This document shows positions 26,601 through 30,731 of a DNA stretch of 30,731 nucleotides, piece after piece. The stretch's first letter is position 1, and each line of letters opens with the position of its first letter. The stretch covers positions 1-30,731 of IMG/VR virus record IMGVR_UViG_3300032156_000054. One strand, 5' to 3'. The DNA is from a virus (lineage: Duplodnaviria > Caudoviricetes). The notes beneath the pieces were generated by a model. That model ran no database searches, had not been told where the DNA came from, and worked only from the letters and a program-made list of their open reading frames with translations. A program made the translations under genes and the position numbers.

Positions 26601-29600
26601 GCGCAGACCTTCGTGCGCAACCAGCAGGCCGGCGGAGCCGGAGCAGGGGTTCCGATGACTTTCCCGCCGAATGCCGCCGAACTGGGGATCGTCGTGCCGC
26701 CGGCTCGCGTTGGCGACCTGACACAGATCCCGCAGAACGTGGCGGACTTCCACAACGTCCTGTTCAACGTCATGCTGCCGGAGACCCCAAGGGTTTCAAG
26801 AAAGGCCGGCGTGCCGGGCAACATAGTCGCTCAGGAGATGGCAACCGCGATGGAGCCCCTCGTCGGGCCGCGTGTGACCGAGCCGGGCCGAGCGCGTTCA
26901 ACCAAGGAGTTCAAGGGCTTTCCGGGTCAGACGATCAAAGAGGTGAATCCACTTCGCGCGCAAATGGAGCGTTTGGGGCAACAAGCCGGCAATCCATTCC
27001 CGCAACTGATCGAAGTCAACCAGCGGTTGAACCTGGAGCACATTGCAGATGTGACCCTCGCCCCCGAAGCGCCGCCGATTCGTGGAGTGACCGACGTGCT
27101 TCGTGCCGGGTTCCAGCCGGCAGAAGAGGCCCTTGGAAAGATCAAAGGTGAGGACGCCGACTGGCGAGCCTACGTGGACCCGAATTACGTCTCCCCGAAT
27201 GGGTTTGGGGGAGGGTTGCAGGGCCGCGCGCACGATGTTGGTTCCACACTGACCAGCGCAGAGCAGCTTCGAGCTTTTCAGACAGCCCGCGAGGAGGCGA
27301 GCGCGATGCGGATTGAACGCATGAAAGCCGGTGACTTTGACGGAGCCATGCGAGCAGCGGGAAAAGCACAGTTCGCCAAAGAGGTGATCGAAACCGCTAC
27401 TGGCGGCGGGTCCGCCGATTTCATCAAGAGCCACTTCAAGCCGGAATACAAGGCACCGCTCGAAGGCGTGCAGTTCGAGCCAAAGGCAACTCCTGAAATC
27501 GAAGAAAAACTCAAAGGTGCAGATCCAGTTGTAAAGAATAAAGACAACACTCCGAAAATTTTCTATCATGGCACCGGAGCATCTGACCGAGTGTCAGAAA
27601 GCGAAGGGTTCACTGTGACCAAAATGGACCCAAACGCCTTATACGGTCCTGGAGTATATTTGACAGAATCGCCAGAAATCGCCGGGGAAGGAAAACGCAG
27701 TTACGCGCACACGACCCCCGGAGGGGCGGGGGGAGTGATTCCAGCTTTTGTAAATATCAAAAAAGTGTTTAGGATAGATCAGTATTATACTGAGGAATCA
27801 GTAAGAAAGCTAAACCCTAATCTCGATGAACAAATCGAAATTGGTAACTCGGCTCCGGTTTTGGATTCTAAATTCAAACAGCGACTACATGAAGCCTTGC
27901 GGGAAGAGATGAGAGATCCGTATTGGCTGGAAGACGAGGATACTTTTGAGAGCCGGGCTAGAGAATTAGTTTCATACGAAACTCATTATGATTCCAAGGG
28001 TGAGGTAATTCCAGATAGCCAAATTGATGCGTATATCGACTGGCTTGGGAAAGACGAAAATCGAGTTTACGAGCCGGGACTTCAAGTGCAAGACAGAGTG
28101 ACCGGACACGACCTCTATCATTCCCTTGTTGCCTTGATGGGATCAAAAGTCTCCGCCAATCGTTTTTTGGAGTCCTCTGGATTTGGCGGGATCTCGCACA
28201 TCGGAGGCGGTGTTTTCGCTCCGGGTGAAGAAGGCGGGCACCGGGTTTTGATTGTTTTTGACCCGGCTAATGTGTTATCGGCTTTAACCTCAAAACCTCT
28301 GGTATCAAGACATGACACTGGAGTAGGGCGCGCTAAAGCTGTCAGCAAAAAAGAAGCAGAAAGAGCCGTTTCTGAGTTGGCGTTGAAATACGGCCCCCGA
28401 GTTTTTATTACTGAGGCTGCCCCGATTGAAGAGTTAGCAAAAGTCTCTACTTTGAGGGAGGAGGCCAGCGACCCTTCGATGACTGCGGCACATCAAGAGG
28501 TGCGCTATTTAAGAAATCTTCTACATTACACAAGCAACGCTAGGACTCGGGCTAGCAACGACAGAAACGACCTCCTTAGAAAAACTTTTGGAAAACAAGT
28601 TGTTGACATCCGAGAGAAACTAGCCGCCCTGCGCCAAAAACTATCAGGAACTTTTCAGGCAGAATCCGAAGGCGTGCAGTTCCAAGCCGAGCTTGAGCCG
28701 GAGAAGATCCGGGGTGGAACAATCAGCCCTCCCAAAGCCACATACAAGGAGGCCGCGACAGCAACCGGCAACCCGTGGGTTCGCCAGACCGACGCGCCGG
28801 ACAATACGGGCCGGCTGTTGATGGTGCAAATTTCCTCGAACCTAATCAATGCGCAGGGGGCCAAGGACGTAGCGGCGACCTACTACGACAAACTCTACTC
28901 CGGCGCCCGAAAGGGTTACGCTCGAATGGACGACTTCTGGGAAATCCCGCAGTGGATTGGATTCGCCAGCCACACTTTCCCGAATGCGGATACCTACGTC
29001 GTGCGAGACATGACGGAAGCGCGCAAATTCATCAATGAAGCCGGTTATGACCGGGTGCTGTTCTCCGCCCTTGACACGAACAAGGAATTGATCCGGGATC
29101 TGGTCAAGGATTACCCTGGCAAAGTGGACATCGGCGGCTACGTGGAGCCCACCACTTTTTCAGACATCCCGAATGTCAAATGGCACGACACCATGAAATC
29201 CCTCGCCGATGACCTGGGGGTAGAATACAAGGAGGGTGTGGACTACCGGCACTTCGCCGGTTCGGACGTGATTCCGCGCCTCACGATGTCGAAAGGCTGC
29301 AAGCACAAGTGCGCGTTTTGCACGGTGCCCAAGAAAATCGAAGTCACACCTTCCGAGGTAGTGAACCAACAAGCAGACCAGATCGCCAAGCTGGGATCAA
29401 AACTGGTTTACTTGAATGACAAGACGTTTGGGCAGGCGGAGAACTACGAAACCCTGCCGGCGGTCTATGACCGGATCAAGCAGCAGAACCCCGACTTCGG
29501 GGGCTTCATCATCCAGACAACCGCCTCACAGATGACCCGGTTCACGCCGGAATATCTGGCGAAATCCGGGATCAAATTCGTCGAGCTTGGAGTGGAGACT

Positions 29601-30731
29601 TACAACGACCCGATTCTACACGAGCTTCATAAGCCAGCAACGGAAGCTCTCATCGACCGGGCGTCGCAGGCGCTTCGAGACGCCGACATCGCGCTGATTC
29701 CGAACATCATCATCGGCTTTCTACAAGAAACGAAGGAGACCTATGACCGAACCCTGAAGTTTCTTCAAGACAACGCAGACATCATCTCTCACGTCAACAT
29801 CTACAACCTGGCGCTCTACAAAGACGCGGAGTTGGGCAAGAAGATTCAGACTCTTACCGCTGACGACTTCAACGAGAACGTCCTGGAGAAGTCTTTTCAC
29901 GCGAACCCGGAAATCCATCGCGTTTTTGCCGGCGACGTGTATGGGAAAGCATCTGAGATGCTTGACCAACCTCTCAAGGCGAAGTATCAGCCCGAAGGCG
30001 AAGTTGAGCACATTCGGGATATGAAGGAACTGTGGGAGTTTCGCGTCGGTGGGATTTATCAGCCGGGCGACCGGACAGACCGGGAGATAATTCAACAAGC
30101 TGCGATTCGAGTTCCAAGCACTGGTGAGGTCTTCACCGGGCCTTTTCATGGTGCCGCCCTGGAAGCCGCTATGAATGCCAAGAAGATTGACCAGAACGGC
30201 ATCGCCGACTTCAAGGCTGGTAAAATCGACTCTGGGTTCACCACGTCAGAAGGGCGGTTCGTTGGGGGCGAGGAGGCCCATGAGATTGCTTTGGCTGCCG
30301 GACAGGTCAAAGCGGGCAGCGTTGCAGACCGGACAGCGCAACGGTTAAGCCGGCTTGAATCGTTCACCTTTGGCGAAGAGCAGGAGCAGGGGCCTCGGGA
30401 GATGCGCGCCGGGTATCAGCCGGAGTGGACTCCTGAAGGGCGCGCAGCCCTGGAGGAGAGCAATCGGAAGCAGCGCGAGGCGATTGTTGAAAAAGGCCGT
30501 CGGTTGGCGGGTTTCAGTCGAAAGATTGGAGCCGGGCTCGGTTTCCGAAAAGCCGACGAGATGCTCACCGCTCAAGAGCGAAAAGAAATCGAAGCCGGAG
30601 AAAACAACACCTTGCTGAAGGCGCTTCGGATGAACGGAGTTCATCCAGACTATCAGAATGGGACCGAGCTATCCCCAGAGGCAAAAGCAAAACTCGACTC
30701 TGTGATTGCCTATCATCGAGAAATCACTGGG
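23682..30731 (+). CDS. Giant polyvalent virion/ejection protein (>=2350 aa, 3'-partial): metallopeptidase + ADP-ribosyltransferase + radical SAM + unknown modules
   Basis: Starts MAELNEIEKLLSPEDL... All segments I translated (the start, parts of 25.5-27.5 kb, and 27541 to the end) are open and in the same frame. The track reports no terminated ORF in this frame, consistent with it running off the window. Confidence 0.92.
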   Translation, partial: MAELNEIEKLLSPEDLAAAQAWKPAQPESSEVVPPVLEEPLDEVKLLSVGDLVELAIAQKFDPVSYLQSKGGPGSVDTGTLQKLGDIHGRLVERGFELSDVSLKGAAKAVGGMLKGGFMYAKAALQEPQLGVTMLGTPEEKAAALAETQKQKAEMGAATELAATGLGEMAGRVIKKVGRMVGLAKEPSQKTPQERTQDFLDAFSSAEQQQKIAAGQGPMMQTIGGNVIADLKNQGVEIDPATVSEMSAGDPLTFVAFGRGFQVINKATGKMLATTKSALGADQAIAAFRSAQRASQSAQKLATQIPSAENLGRSAIAQAGEFARKAELPAAGKVIVAAEDIAAATKGLPAKAAGAVVAGAGKLAEMSAKPIQWAVSLKVPQAVGIVKGAAAGGPVGALAGLKGGEIAATVMERAAGRAIRIGQGAERLGAELGGATEARPWVQAAADALNGTADVLGGTARGAVMDLGFNAATSETPAETANAPAFGMFFGAVHGLAPAARRLVQGQTVRPRTWAPSNSWSASYGHFPSLDAANAEAMKIADPAVQQRIGALRDLGQSIGAEIYLMPDSQTSAKALQEMFPGESPERIQRAANTKGMSLTEVTDANGTKRRVILVRHPDAAPHEAFHPMQDVLGERANEVIDNIIAHEYGLGYLEQRGRSEAARLTGADPGENWADALLHITGYRLEELRQAVSEMPTEQFDTLKKQLALQYAAREVAADLFDLILKHSGPELAQETGAPGAMARILGKVMVGLGINPYEGVRTESTGRSPVGPASLEAVREAAKPFAVEPKTAAPPIRPEVGPKAPRPAAGAPTTPVFTPEQRATEQERVNALAATIRDPKQADVLSKIGAAIGQGLGLKVEYRTAPGEPAGSPTMSREERRAVIEAFRDMPESERPLWEKLNFPDRMVQTSKGPQILGWSPENYAANAHKMARWLADVATRQPDALSLSPYPIDPKTKTFTPEGWRQLYIDAQTFVRNQQAGGAGAGVPMTFPPNAAELGIVVPPARVGDLTQIPQNVADFHNVLFNVMLPETPRVSRKAGVPGNIVAQEMATAMEPLVGPRVTEPGRARSTKEFKGFPGQTIKEVNPLRAQMERLGQQAGNPFPQLIEVNQRLNLEHIADVTLAPEAPPIRGVTDVLRAGFQPAEEALGKIKGEDADWRAYVDPNYVSPNGFGGGLQGRAHDVGSTLTSAEQLRAFQTAREEASAMRIERMKAGDFDGAMRAAGKAQFAKEVIETATGGGSADFIKSHFKPEYKAPLEGVQFEPKATPEIEEKLKGADPVVKNKDNTPKIFYHGTGASDRVSESEGFTVTKMDPNALYGPGVYLTESPEIAGEGKRSYAHTTPGGAGGVIPAFVNIKKVFRIDQYYTEESVRKLNPNLDEQIEIGNSAPVLDSKFKQRLHEALREEMRDPYWLEDEDTFESRARELVSYETHYDSKGEVIPDSQIDAYIDWLGKDENRVYEPGLQVQDRVTGHDLYHSLVALMGSKVSANRFLESSGFGGISHIGGGVFAPGEEGGHRVLIVFDPANVLSALTSKPLVSRHDTGVGRAKAVSKKEAERAVSELALKYGPRVFITEAAPIEELAKVSTLREEASDPSMTAAHQEVRYLRNLLHYTSNARTRASNDRNDLLRKTFGKQVVDIREKLAALRQKLSGTFQAESEGVQFQAELEPEKIRGGTISPPKATYKEAATATGNPWVRQTDAPDNTGRLLMVQISSNLINAQGAKDVAATYYDKLYSGARKGYARMDDFWEIPQWIGFASHTFPNADTYVVRDMTEARKFINEAGYDRVLFSALDTNKELIRDLVKDYPGKVDIGGYVEPTTFSDIPNVKWHDTMKSLADDLGVEYKEGVDYRHFAGSDVIPRLTMSKGCKHKCAFCTVPKKIEVTPSEVVNQQADQIAKLGSKLVYLNDKTFGQAENYETLPAVYDRIKQQNPDFGGFIIQTTASQMTRFTPEYLAKSGIKFVELGVETYNDPILHELHKPATEALIDRASQALRDADIALIPNIIIGFLQETKETYDRTLKFLQDNADIISHVNIYNLALYKDAELGKKIQTLTADDFNENVLEKSFHANPEIHRVFAGDVYGKASEMLDQPLKAKYQPEGEVEHIRDMKELWEFRVGGIYQPGDRTDREIIQQAAIRVPSTGEVFTGPFHGAALEAAMNAKKIDQNGIADFKAGKIDSGFTTSEGRFVGGEEAHEIALAAGQVKAGSVADRTAQRLSRLESFTFGEEQEQGPREMRAGYQPEWTPEGRAALEESNRKQREAIVEKGRRLAGFSRKIGAGLGFRKADEMLTAQERKEIEAGENNTLLKALRMNGVHPDYQNGTELSPEAKAKLDSVIAYHREITG
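25380..25950 (+). other. Zincin metallopeptidase (MPTase-like) domain within the giant ORF
   Basis: Strand RVILVR followed by HEAFH (25548-25562) and a downstream third-ligand helix REVAADLF (Glu at 25827). Boundaries approximate. Confidence 0.72.
27461..27476 (+). repeat. 16-bp direct repeat CGAAGGCGTGCAGTTC, left copy
   Basis: Identical to 28667-28682; encodes EGVQF in frame. Confidence 0.9.
27530..28285 (+). other. ART-PolyVal-like ADP-ribosyltransferase domain within the giant ORF
   Basis: PKIFYHGT (YHGT 27564-27575), GPGVYLT (27645-27665), VIPAFVNIKK, GFGGI (28179-28193) and IVFDPANVLS (from 28251). Confidence 0.8.
28667..28682 (+). repeat. 16-bp direct repeat, right copy
   Basis: Identical to 27461-27476. 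Confidence 0.9.
28800..29975 (+). other. Radical SAM domain with N-terminal Rossmann-like region (B12-dependent/MiaB-like) within the giant ORF
   Basis: SKGCKHKCAFC (CxxxCxxC 29298-29321), VYLNDKTF, SGIKFVELGVET...L..LHK and IIGFLQET....TL.F. Upstream VLFSA and IGGY strands. Confidence 0.88.

Noticed and set aside
27461-28682. Intein or intron explanation for the low-GC insert
   Set aside because: There is no C/S...HN intein boundary or homing-endonuclease motif; the insert reads through in frame as an ART domain.
23904-30644. Many short ORFs in the track across the last 7 kb
   Set aside because: All overlap the single giant + strand ORF, which carries recognisable domains.

Overview
The window is a gene-dense stretch of a tailed (podovirus-like) bacteriophage or prophage genome, with every supported gene on the + strand. 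It covers the virion morphogenesis region: the end of a Gly-rich tail protein, a structural hypothetical, a serine recombinase with its own promoter and terminator, a non-canonical tRNA-like element, large terminase, two Cys-rich proteins, portal, scaffold, two glycosyltransferase-like genes, major capsid, holin-like and u-spanin-like genes, tail proteins, a GNAT and three ejection-type proteins. The main feature is absent from the ORF track because it has no stop codon in the window: a >=2350-codon ORF starting at ATG 23682 and running off the right edge. My manual translation shows a polyvalent protein at the ejection-protein position. It carries a zincin metallopeptidase (HEAFH), an ART-PolyVal-like ADP-ribosyltransferase on a low-GC cassette flanked by a 16-bp direct repeat, an apparently complete radical-SAM domain resembling the B12-dependent/MiaB type (CKHKCAFC), and further unknown modules. 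The modules are separated by a recurring [F/Y]-Q-[P/A] linker. All family assignments come from motif recognition and gene order; no database searches were run.
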